A DNA stretch of 64,000 nucleotides from an uncultured Gammaproteobacteria bacterium (lineage in GTDB: Bacteria > Pseudomonadota > Gammaproteobacteria > JABCZS01), in NCBI GenBank assembly GCA_963848305.1, contig CAWKDC010000001.1, positions 288,001 to 352,000 on the forward strand, given 5' to 3'. A model generated the notes under the pieces. That model made no database searches. It saw only the letters and a list, made by a program, of their open reading frames with translations, and had not been told where the DNA came from. Numbering within the stretch: position 1 is the first letter of the stretch; every line of letters starts with the position of its first letter. The position numbers were made by a program, and so were the translations under genes. Shown in pieces: positions 27,271 to 36,900 of the stretch.

Positions 27271-28454
27271 ATGGATATGAGAACAAAATGTTTTAAAATT
27301 GCTTTTCTAACGCTGTGCTTATGTTTTATGGGGATCCTCTCAGGACAGGCAGCAACCTCATTAGAAGATAAAGCCAAAAGCTGGATGAAACGTAATGGCA
27401 TTCCTGGGGCAGCCATTGTTGTCTACGACAATGGCAAAATCAAAAAATACTCTTTCGGATATGCCGACAGGGAGAATAAAAAACCAGTCACAGAAGACAC
27501 CATTTTCGAGATCGCCTCTCTTACCAAAATTTTCACGGCTGTTTTATTAGCGGGAGAAATCAATAGCGGCAGCATGAAACTCAGCGATTCCGTGACAAAA
27601 TATGTTTCCGACATCACTCCATCGTCTCGCAATAAATTCAATCAAATCACGCTTGAAAACTTGGCCACACACACTTCAGGCCTTCCTTTCAATGTTCCAA
27701 GAAGCATTAACTCAAGAACTAAATTGGCGAAGTATTTGTCCTCATGGAAGAATCCTGCATCGGTAGGCGCATCCTGGTTATATTCTAATGTCAATTTAGG
27801 GCTGATAGGTTATGCGCTTGAAAAGGAAAGTCAAAAATCGATTTATGATTTATATGCTGAAAAAATTTTACATCCACTCGGCATGCGCACCAGTAACGCA
27901 ATGATTCCTGATGGCTTGCTGTCCTTTTATGCACAAGGATACAACATGGCGGGCAATCCAGCACCACGACGCAACATGAAAGAGTGGATCAAACCGCCGA
28001 ACAGCGATTGGATATTCCCAGCAACAGGTGCGCTCAAATCAACGCCACGCGATATGGCACTGTTCTTGAAAGCTGCTTTGCGATTACCCGGTACGCCTGC
28101 ATACATTGCTGATGCGATGAAATTAACACAAACCACTTTTGTTCAAACCACTCGTTTCCAACAAGGATTAACGTGGATTATTCACCCAGATCCTGTCAAA
28201 AACAAAACTAAATTATTATCTGCTAAAATCAAGGGCGAGCCTTTCCAGCGAATGCCTACACTAAAGGTGATATATTTGATGGAAATGCGTTGATGGAAAA
28301 AACAGGTGCGTCTGGTGGTTTTCGTGCCTATATTGCTGTTATCCCCAATCAGCAAAAAGGAGTTGTCGTGATGGCGAATCGTTACATCACAAGCACCGAA
28401 TTGGTTCACATGGGGAGATGGGTTTTGCTTAGCAACGACATTTTGATGCAATAA
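27271..28454 (+). CDS. Class C beta-lactamase-like serine hydrolase; frameshift near 28245
   Basis: Signal peptide, SLTK (SxxK), YSN; the KTG motif (MEKTGASGGFRAY) is in a shifted frame ending TAA 28452-28454. Confidence 0.82.
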
Positions 28455-28491
28455 ACATGACCTTAGTTATACACGGATTATAGGCGACATT

Positions 28492-29268
28492 ATGATCATT
28501 CCATTGGTTAACATATTCATCGGCATGTTCATCCTCATGTCTGTTTTGTGGTTATATCAAGTTGTTACACGCAATGCAACCATTGTCGATGTAGGATGGG
28601 CTTATGGCATGGGTGCTTCCAGCGTTTATCTTGCGCTCGCTACACATGGTGATATGGGCGTTGGGCTTCTTGCATCGATATTATTACTGATATGGTCATT
28701 ACGATTAGGTACGTATTTATTCAGAGCACGTATACTGAGTGGCGAGGGTGAAGATACGCGCTATCAAACGATGCGTAAGAAAATGGGCAATAGGGCAAAT
28801 CTCATGTTTTTTATTTTATTTCAAGCGCAAAGTCTTTTTGTGCTGCTATTCATGGCACCGCTGCTCGTTGTCTTTGATCGATTGCAGCCTCTTTGGCAAT
28901 GGCATGATATCCTTGCTGTGATTATTTGGACAGTGGCTGTTGCGGGAGAAACGATTTCGGACAAACAATTACATGCATTTAAACAAAATCCGGAAAATCG
29001 TGGTAAAACTTGTCAGATCGGTCTGTGGCAATTCTCTCGTCATCCTAATTATTTTTTTGAATGGTTACACTGGTTTACCTACCCACTCATAGCATGGGGT
29101 GCACCCAATGCGATTTTGACATGGGTGCTGCCAGCGATCATGTTGCTTTTTTTATGGAAAATGACGGGCATCCCTTTCAGTGAATCTCAAGCGTTAGAGC
29201 ATCGCAGTGATTACGCGGCTTATCAACGTAAAACATCTATGCTGATCCCATGGTTTAAAGGCAAATAA
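28492..29268 (+). CDS. DUF1295 / steroid 5-alpha-reductase-like membrane protein
   Basis: IVDVGW, EDTRY, GLWQFSRHPNYFFE. Confidence 0.9.
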   Translation: MIIPLVNIFIGMFILMSVLWLYQVVTRNATIVDVGWAYGMGASSVYLALATHGDMGVGLLASILLLIWSLRLGTYLFRARILSGEGEDTRYQTMRKKMGNRANLMFFILFQAQSLFVLLFMAPLLVVFDRLQPLWQWHDILAVIIWTVAVAGETISDKQLHAFKQNPENRGKTCQIGLWQFSRHPNYFFEWLHWFTYPLIAWGAPNAILTWVLPAIMLLFLWKMTGIPFSESQALEHRSDYAAYQRKTSMLIPWFKGK

Positions 29269-29280
29269 TCAGGAAATAAA

Positions 29281-29622
29281 ATGCATCCTTACATTTATTC
29301 AATCGGTTTGTTAATGATCTCAAATGTATTCATGACATTTGCTTGGTATGCGCATCTCAAAGAATTAAGCGGCAATAAATGGTATATCGCTGCACTGCTC
29401 AGTTGGGGCCTTGCTTTTTTTGAATATATTTTTCAGGTACCAGGTAATCGTATCGGCTACACTGTGATGGATTTGTCTCAGCTCAAAATTTTGCAAGAAT
29501 GCATCACACTCACCGTTTTTGTCCCATTCGCGCTGTTTTATATGAATGCGCCCTTAAAATGGGATTATTTGTGGGCAGGATTATGCATGATTGGTGCCGT
29601 TTATTTCATTTTTAGACAATAA
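29281..29622 (+). CDS. DMT-family small membrane protein (DUF486-like)
   Basis: SNVFMTFAWYAHLK, FEYIFQVPGNRIG, QLKILQE. Confidence 0.9.
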   Translation: MHPYIYSIGLLMISNVFMTFAWYAHLKELSGNKWYIAALLSWGLAFFEYIFQVPGNRIGYTVMDLSQLKILQECITLTVFVPFALFYMNAPLKWDYLWAGLCMIGAVYFIFRQ

Positions 29623-29701
29623 CAAAATAGCACTCAATCCGTTACGGGTGAAATTGTTCAGCTATAATTATGATAATTCAATCCACCCTGAGGGTATTCT
29701 T

Positions 29702-30229
29702 ATGAAAAAATCTATGTTGATGCTCGCGTCCACGGCGCTTATTTTTAGCTCTACAGCTTACTCACTTTCGACGTCACAAACAACGGTTTCAGCGACTGAA
29801 GCAAAAATCGGCTATGACTGCTACGTCTCTATTATTGATAATGCCGCTGCAAAACTGTCACAATATCCATGTTACAGTACGAACAAAAAAGGTGTCGCGC
29901 AGGGCACGCAAGATGTTAACAGCCTGACCCTTGGCACTCAGGGTCAGACTTTCGTGATTGCGCCCCCCGCTTTCACCTGTACAGCCAAAAACAGCTGCAG
30001 CGCTTCTGTTTATGTGGGCCTGTCGGCGACGGGGGCATATCCAATCACAATGTCTAAGTCAGCAGCAAGCAAGCTTGAGCTCTCGATTGCAAACTCATGC
30101 CCCAAAAACGCTCAAAATGCTTTAGTCACTAATGGAGGTGTCACAGGTAACGACGGGATGTGTCTCTTACTATGGACATTTGCGAAAGCAAGTGATTTGA
30201 CCAAATTTGAATTTACGGTTAAGCCCTAA
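29702..30229 (+). CDS. Secreted Cys-containing hypothetical protein, paralogue 1 of 3
   Basis: MKKSMLMLASTALIFSSTAYS signal; C-terminus DLTKFEFTVKP resembles neighbours; GAGGG RBS. Confidence 0.8.
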   Translation: MKKSMLMLASTALIFSSTAYSLSTSQTTVSATEAKIGYDCYVSIIDNAAAKLSQYPCYSTNKKGVAQGTQDVNSLTLGTQGQTFVIAPPAFTCTAKNSCSASVYVGLSATGAYPITMSKSAASKLELSIANSCPKNAQNALVTNGGVTGNDGMCLLLWTFAKASDLTKFEFTVKP

Positions 30230-30239
30230 TAATCTCAAA

Positions 30240-30280
30240 AAGCCTTATTCCCTGTGATTGTATGCGAGGGAATAAGGCTT
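30240..30280 (+). other. Intergenic stem-loop (second copy at 30796-30833)
   Basis: AAGCCTTATTCCCT...AGGGAATAAGGCTT; second copy GCCTTATTGTC...GACAATAAGGC. Confidence 0.7.
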
Positions 30281-30302
30281 GCTTTAACTATAGGAGCCTT
30301 TT

Positions 30303-30785
30303 ATGAAAAAAACTATTCTGATACTCGCGTCAACAACATTGTTATTTGGTTCTGTAGCTTATTCGGATTCAGCAACAGCGATTGATTATGTCTGCGCTAT
30401 TTATACGAACGTGCACGCTCAAGACAATATGTACATACAACACAAATGTTATTCTACGAAGAAGAGTGGAAAAGCAAATGCAACTGTCGATGGCACTTAT
30501 CCCATTGGCAAAGACGGTCTTGAGTTTGTGATTAAACCACCCGCATCAACCTGCTGCGGTCAAATTTCGGCGGCGCTAGTGACAACAGGTGCATATGTGA
30601 TCACAATGGCTGCCAGCCCCGAAGAAGCTTATCTTGACTATGATCCAAATGTATCTGGTGCCCAGTGCACAAAAATCAGCGACGGTCACTATGAAACTAA
30701 TGCAACTTACGGTTGCGCACTTACCTGGAATTATAACAGTGTCAATGATTTTACCGAACTTAAGTTTACGGTTAAACCGCAATAA
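30303..30785 (+). CDS. Secreted Cys-containing hypothetical protein, paralogue 2 of 3
   Basis: MKKTILILASTTLLFGSVAYS signal; EFVIKP; DFTELKFTVKPQ. Confidence 0.85.
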   Translation: MKKTILILASTTLLFGSVAYSDSATAIDYVCAIYTNVHAQDNMYIQHKCYSTKKSGKANATVDGTYPIGKDGLEFVIKPPASTCCGQISAALVTTGAYVITMAASPEEAYLDYDPNVSGAQCTKISDGHYETNATYGCALTWNYNSVNDFTELKFTVKPQ

Positions 30786-30857
30786 TCTTAAAAAGGCCTT
30801 ATTGTCGGTGAAGTTAATGTTAGACAATAAGGCTTATTTTCACTATGGGAGCCTTTT

Positions 30858-31322
30858 ATGAAAAAATCTATTTTGATACTCGCGTCGACAACATTGTTAT
30901 TTGGTTCTGTAGCTTATTCGAAGCAGGCACAACCCGCAACGTCGACGACTTCAACATACAATATTCAATATATTTGTCAAGTTACCGCGAGCAACAATGC
31001 TCAACACGACTGTTATATGAGAAACAGTAATACGCATGCAGTAACTGGGACTGTAAATGGCACATATGCCTTTGGTGAAGCTGGTAAAGAATTTGTGATT
31101 AAACCTGCAGCTCTCGGTACAATTGCTGTTATCCTGCAGCAAGCAAGTGTTCCCTATATTATCAGCATGTCTGACACCCCGGAAAAAAGCAATCTTACCA
31201 GCATGAACTGCACAAAAAATGCCGACGGTACCATCGATAATGTTGCGATTTGTGAGCTTGTGTTTAATTATGCCCATAAGAGTGATTTCACTGAGCTTAA
31301 ATTCACGATTATACCGCAATAA
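30858..31322 (+). CDS. Secreted Cys-containing hypothetical protein, paralogue 3 of 3
   Basis: MKKSILILASTTLLFGSVAYS signal; EFVIKP; DFTELKFTIIPQ. Confidence 0.85.
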   Translation: MKKSILILASTTLLFGSVAYSKQAQPATSTTSTYNIQYICQVTASNNAQHDCYMRNSNTHAVTGTVNGTYAFGEAGKEFVIKPAALGTIAVILQQASVPYIISMSDTPEKSNLTSMNCTKNADGTIDNVAICELVFNYAHKSDFTELKFTIIPQ

Positions 31323-31408
31323 GCTGTGTAACCTTTGGCATTGTTCGGGCGCACTGTCGGGCGCCCGGACAGTGGATTAAATAGGAATTTACCCCGGCGA
31401 AAGCCGAC

Positions 31409-32131
31409 CTACAATGCCGTCACGACCACTGGCTTCTCGATCGGACCGCGATCTGTTTGCAATTTCACCACCACTTCCTTCGCACCCTTCACTTCTTTCC
31501 ACTTCAATGGCCAGACTTTAGATTGTTCTGGAAGCAAATAAACAAATTTGTCTTTGGTCACCGTGGTTTCCAAAGGTTTTTCCTCACCTTGGTAAAAATC
31601 GATATTCGTGATTTGAATATGACGATTGCCAGCATTCTTAATATGCAATTCCAAATCACCATTAGGCAAAGATTTTGTATCAATACTCAAATCATCGATT
31701 TTGTTTTTCGGTTCAATGAAAACGGGTATGCTAAAGCGAATAAGGGTCTCGACCTGAAAAGAATCAGTCTTGTTTTTAGAAGGAACCTGCGTTGCAATCA
31801 CACGGTAGGTGTGCTCAATTTTGGGATTCAGTGGCGCGCGAAGACCAACGCGCACCAACTGATAACTTTCCTCAGCAATGTTGGCAATGGGTGGATTCAA
31901 GATTATGTCTTTCGTATCGGTGTAAACATCTTTCCCTTCTTCCTGCGTCCATTTGAATGCCTTCAATTGAAACAACACAGGATCCTTACCCGCATTCACC
32001 ACTTTGAACGAGTCAATCGTTTGGCCCGGCTCAAACTTCAGCCTGACAGGATTAATATGAACTTCTGCGGCCAAGAGCATGCAAGGTACAACAAGGAAAA
32101 CAAAAGCAAAAAAATGTTTTACACGTAACAT
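31409..32131 (-). CDS. Fimbrial periplasmic chaperone (CsuC/PapD-like)
   Basis: INPVRL, FKWTQEEGKD, PPIANI..QLVRVG, EHTYRV, FSIPVF, NAGNRH. Confidence 0.9.
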   Translation of the reverse strand: MLRVKHFFAFVFLVVPCMLLAAEVHINPVRLKFEPGQTIDSFKVVNAGKDPVLFQLKAFKWTQEEGKDVYTDTKDIILNPPIANIAEESYQLVRVGLRAPLNPKIEHTYRVIATQVPSKNKTDSFQVETLIRFSIPVFIEPKNKIDDLSIDTKSLPNGDLELHIKNAGNRHIQITNIDFYQGEEKPLETTVTKDKFVYLLPEQSKVWPLKWKEVKGAKEVVVKLQTDRGPIEKPVVVTAL

Positions 32132-32153
32132 AACAACACCTACTTAAATCAAC

Positions 32154-32658
32154 TTAAAACACAACGTCAACTGTAACCGTATCTGAATAACTATCATCTA
32201 CCACAGATGTCTGTCCCGCAGGAACTTGACCATAAATGGTATACGTTTGTGGCAAGCCTGTGCCTGTGCCACATTGATAGTCAGTACCCACAGTCCCATC
32301 ACCCCACACTGGCACTCAATGTGGATGTGGTGTAAAGTTCATAGCCAAGTAAATCACTGGAAGTTCCGCCAATCATATTGCGACTGAGCACTGAGTCGGA
32401 GTTAAGACCAGCATTTAAATAGATGCCGTAAAGAGTACCATCTACGCATGTAACGTACATATCCGTCTGCGCTGAAAGTGCAGTATCATCTACAGGATCG
32501 TACGCGCCAAAAGCCAATGGATCTGGCACGCTAACAACGCATGCTGAATTGACAGCAGCATTTACCAAAAAAGTTTCGGCCGCGGCCTGTGCCGCATAAA
32601 AAAACATGGAAGCGGCCGCAACGCCTGCTAACATTCTTTTGAGTTGATGGTTAACCAT
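32154..32658 (-). CDS. Csu-type (spore coat U domain) pilin; frameshift near 32311
   Basis: ETFLVNAAVNSAC..LAFGAYDP; continues in shifted frame PVWGDG...YTIYGQVPAGQ...YSDTVTVDVVF to TAA at 32154. Confidence 0.85.
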
Positions 32659-32713
32659 TTAACACTCCTTGTTCACGGTTGATATCCTTAGCACAGTCTA
32701 CAACAATTTCGGG

Positions 32714-32744
32714 AAAAAGTCACCCCTTTTTTCGGAGTGACTTT
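32714..32744 (-). terminator. Intrinsic terminator after pilin 32760-33248
   Basis: Minus strand GTCACTCC-gaaaaaa-GGGGTGAC followed by TTTTT. Confidence 0.7.
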
Positions 32745-32759
32745 CTTCCGTTTTAAACA

Positions 32760-33248
32760 TTAGAAAGTCGCAGTTACTGTAATGGTATCAGAGTAGCTGT
32801 CATCTTCAACTGTTGTTTGACCTGCGGCAATTTGACCATAGATTGTATAAGGTTGATCAACACCTGAACCTGTACCAGACACTGTATTGGTACCTACCGT
32901 ATCACCCCATTCTTCGCTGTACATATTATCTTGATAAAGATTATATGCGAGAAGATCCGATGTCGTTTCACCAAGCATATTGCGGGTTGTGACATCACCC
33001 GGGGTGCCTGCATTTTGACCTGCATCCAGTGAAATATTGTATGCTGCACCATTAGTACATGCTGCAGACAGGACAGTAGAACCGTTGGTAAATTCGCTAT
33101 CAACTGGATCGTATGTTCCAAATGCCAGTGTGGGCGCACTGAAAACGCATGTGCTTCCGACAGTAGCTGTTACCAAAAATGTCTCAGCAAACGCACTCAC
33201 AGCACATACGCTCAGTACTGCTGCAGATAATAATTGAAGTTTCTTCAT
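32760..33248 (-). CDS. Csu-type pilin, probable major subunit (CsuA/B-like)
   Basis: ETFLVTATVGSTC..LAFGTYDP..C..YNLYQD..WGD..YGQI..YSDTITVTATF; own RBS and terminator. Confidence 0.9.
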   Translation of the reverse strand: MKKLQLLSAAVLSVCAVSAFAETFLVTATVGSTCVFSAPTLAFGTYDPVDSEFTNGSTVLSAACTNGAAYNISLDAGQNAGTPGDVTTRNMLGETTSDLLAYNLYQDNMYSEEWGDTVGTNTVSGTGSGVDQPYTIYGQIAAGQTTVEDDSYSDTITVTATF

Positions 33249-33346
33249 ATAAAATTCCTTTTACAAGTTTAGATGCCCTTTCGGGATATAAAAAAATATA
33301 GTGCTTATTTTCGCGCTTTACAAGAAGATTTATGTAAATAATTTTT

Positions 33347-33871
33347 TTAATAAAGCACACTTACCGTGATCGTATCGGTATAAGTATCAGATGGCAGTTT
33401 TGTTTGATAAGGAGAAACAACACCATATGCAGCAATTGTTTGTTGTATACCTGTGGCTCTTGTTGATACAACTGTACTGCCATTATCTCCATCACCCCAT
33501 TGTGGGCCACTCAATTGTATTGTTGGATAAATCCGGTATGGAAGTAAAGCGCCATGCATGCCACCTTTCATGTTTCGCGTGTTCACGTTGTTAGGAGTGG
33601 ATGGATATAGGCCAGCATTCAGTGTGAGCGTGTAAGGCGTGCCATTCACACAAGTAGCGTAAATAAAACCTGCATTGGTAGATGTTGTCTCATTGGTATT
33701 TTTATCTTTCGTATCGGTAGGATGATACTGACCAAAAATAAGCGGCAATGCAGTGATTGAACAAGTCGGTTTAACAACTGCTTGCACCAAAAAGGTTGTA
33801 TTTGAACTGGCAGCGAATATTTGCACCGGGAAAATTGAAAGAAAGATAACTAATAATATTGACTTTTTCAT
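33347..33871 (-). CDS. Csu-type pilin
   Basis: TTFLVQAVVKPTC..LIFGQY..C..WGDG..YTDTITVSVLY. Confidence 0.88.
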   Translation of the reverse strand: MKKSILLVIFLSIFPVQIFAASSNTTFLVQAVVKPTCSITALPLIFGQYHPTDTKDKNTNETTSTNAGFIYATCVNGTPYTLTLNAGLYPSTPNNVNTRNMKGGMHGALLPYRIYPTIQLSGPQWGDGDNGSTVVSTRATGIQQTIAAYGVVSPYQTKLPSDTYTDTITVSVLY

Positions 33872-33935
33872 TGTTAGATTCCTGTCATGCTTTAGTTACT
33901 AAAATTATAACCAAAGAATCCAGAAAGTCAACTTT

Positions 33936-36900
33936 TCAAATTGGGCAATAGACAAATGCGGAGGTGCCTACCGTGGTTTCCAAGGAGGCAGTGATGGGCC
34001 ACTGTGCACTGCTAGGCGTAATGGTTAGATCGCGGTTCAAGCTACCCGATTCACAGGGCTGATAATCTAATACAATGTTACAAGAAGCGAGTGCATCTAG
34101 GGTTTGCCCATCCGTACAGGTTGAAGCGTTATCGATGATCACAGCCGTTTGCCCTAACGAATCATTATTCACCAGGTCGACATTGATCACCGTATCCGTT
34201 ATACCTTGATTTTCGATGGAATAGGTAACTTGGATAGGGTTTGTACAATTGGCTGTACTCAAATTATCGGGTGTGGTTGGTGTACTTGTAAAAACAATGC
34301 CACAGTTATCTAAACTCGCATTGCAACGCTCTTGAGGTGTAGTAGCTAGCGCATGGGTGCGTGCACCCTTTTTGGTTGAAGGGCAAGTAGGAAGGCTGCT
34401 GCTCACTAAATTTGCTGTACCACCTGCAGTAGTGACTGTTACACCCACCTGCCCTGCTGGATCTGGAGGCGTAATCGCTGTGATCGTTGTCCCATCACTT
34501 GAAACGCTCAGGACTGTTGCAGATTTACCTCCGATGGTGACGACAGAACCCGCAGTAAATCCTGCCCCCATTAATGTGACCTCTGTTCCGCCTGATGTAC
34601 TGCCATAATCGGGTGCGATAGAAGCAATGGACGGAACGTAGTTGAACAACACTGGAGCGGAAGTACCCCCAGCTGAGTTCACGGTCACACTGGCCTGCCC
34701 TTGCCCCACGGGACTGATGACAGTTATTTGAGCATCGCTGATGAATGTGAACGGAATGCTTGTATCATTCCACGTCACACTCGTTGCTTGTGTAAAATTA
34801 ACCCCTTGAATGCTCACAGATGTCCCGCCACTGGGCGAACCTGCATTAGGACTGAGTGAAGCAATTGAAGGGGCATTGTAAGTGAAGACATCATTCGGAT
34901 TGATTGCACTGCTTCCACCAGGTGTTGTCACTTGAACATCAACAGGTCCCGCACCCGACGGTGAGACTGCCGTGATGGTGCTGTCATTGACAACCGTAAA
35001 TGATGCTACAGGTTGATCCCCAAAATTCACATCTGTTACGTCTGTGAAGTCGCTACCTGAAATTGTGACCGATGTTCCTCCTGCTGCTGGACCCGAGTTG
35101 ACACTCAAACCCGTGACAACTGGAACAGCATAATAGATGAATTGATCGACAGAGGAAGTCGCACTCGTGCCATTGCTATTCGACACTGTCACATCCACTG
35201 TGCCTGTGCCTGCTGGTGCAGTCGCCACAATGCCCGTTGTGCCTGAGCTGGACTGCACGACCGCTTCTACTTCACCAAAATATACAGTGGTACCAGAGGT
35301 AAAACCTGTTCCGGTGATCGTGACTGCAGTTCCCCCATTGAGCGACCCACCAGAAGGACTCACAGAAGACACAGAAGGCGTATTATTGTATGTGTAACTA
35401 CTGTAGGTTGCTGAACCTACGCTATTGGTCACAGTCAGTGTCACAGCCCCCGCCGACTGTGGAGGAGCGATCGCTGTGATACTATCGTCACTGTTCACAG
35501 TATATGAAGTTGCATTGATAGTACCAAATTGCACACCTGAAGCACCTGATACCGTTAAAAATCCTGTGCCGATAATCATGACAGGTGTTGTTCCCCCAAC
35601 AGAACCGGCATCAGGTGAAATCGATGTGATGGTCGGCGCTTCAGTATAAGTGAATTCACTGGCCGATGTTTCGGGTGTTGTTCCTGAACTATTCGTGACA
35701 GTAACATTCACCACGGTTGAGCCATTGATCAGCAGGGCGGTTGATGGCGGCGCAATGGCCGTGATCTGTGTATCGCTGTGAATCACAAATGATGTCGCAG
35801 GTGTTGTGCCAAAATTCACTGCGGAAGCCGTTGTGAAACCTGTTCCTGTGATCAATACAGAGGTTCCACCCGTAATAGAAGTGGCTGGCGGATTAAGTGC
35901 CGTGATAGTAGGAACCGTATCGAAAGTATACGCATTGGCTAACGTATAGGACCCCACATCATTCGTGACGGTGATGCCCACCTGCCCCACCGCATGTGCA
36001 GGGGTGATCGCTGTGATTTGTGTGTCACTGTTCACAGTGAATGAAGAAGCTGCAACAGAACCAAACTGCACATCCGTCGCGCTTAAAAATCCTGTGCCAC
36101 TGATCACAACAGATTGATCACCTGTGCTAGGCCCTCCATTTGGCGTCACTGCAGTCACCAAAGGAAGATAGGAAAACTGATCAGCTGAAGTTGTTGGGCT
36201 CGTTCCTCCGGCCGTTGCCACAGTGATATCGACTTGACCCGTGCCAGCAGGTGCAACTGCCATGATTGCTGTATCAGTATTCGTCAACACCGTACCGGGA
36301 TTATCCTCGCCAAAATAAACGTCTAAGGCATTGCTCATCCCTACCCCTGTGATTGTCACCACTGTCCCACCAGCGCCACTGCCTACATTAGGCGTGATCG
36401 CAGTCACCACAGGCACATATGACAATTTTGCAGCGTTTGAAATGGCGTTTGTTCCATCAGCATTCGCAATGGTAACGTAAACGGCACCTGTCCCAGCTGG
36501 AATGCTGTCAATCACTATGCTGGTCTCCGTCATTGATGCAGGAGTCACTAAATTGCTTCCCAAATAAACGGTTGTGCCTGCAATAAATCCTGTCCCATTG
36601 ATTGTCAAGCTCACGTTTCCGGTGGCAGGAACTGCGTTGGGACTCAAGCTTGTGATGCTTGGAGAAGAATTATATGTAAAAGCATTGGTTGAATTCCCTG
36701 TTCCAGTGACATTGTCGACAGAAACTGTCACTGGACCATTCGTGCCCGGTGGTGTAATGGCAGTGATTCGCGTATCACTTGTTACTGTAAAGGAGGTTGC
36801 ATCGATGCCTCCAAATTGAACTGATGTCGCCGTTAAAAACCCTGTGCCCTTGATGAGCACGACTGTGCCACCTGCATTGGATCCTGCAGGAGGACTGACA

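Noticed and set aside
29702-31374. Integron cassette array
   Set aside because: No integrase; spacers lack recognisable attC R-box ends and the genes are paralogues from tandem duplication
34368-34395. LPTCPSTKK in the stalk resembling the PPTVKK ending of the propeller proteins
   Set aside because: Too short and low in complexity to support homology or a processing signal
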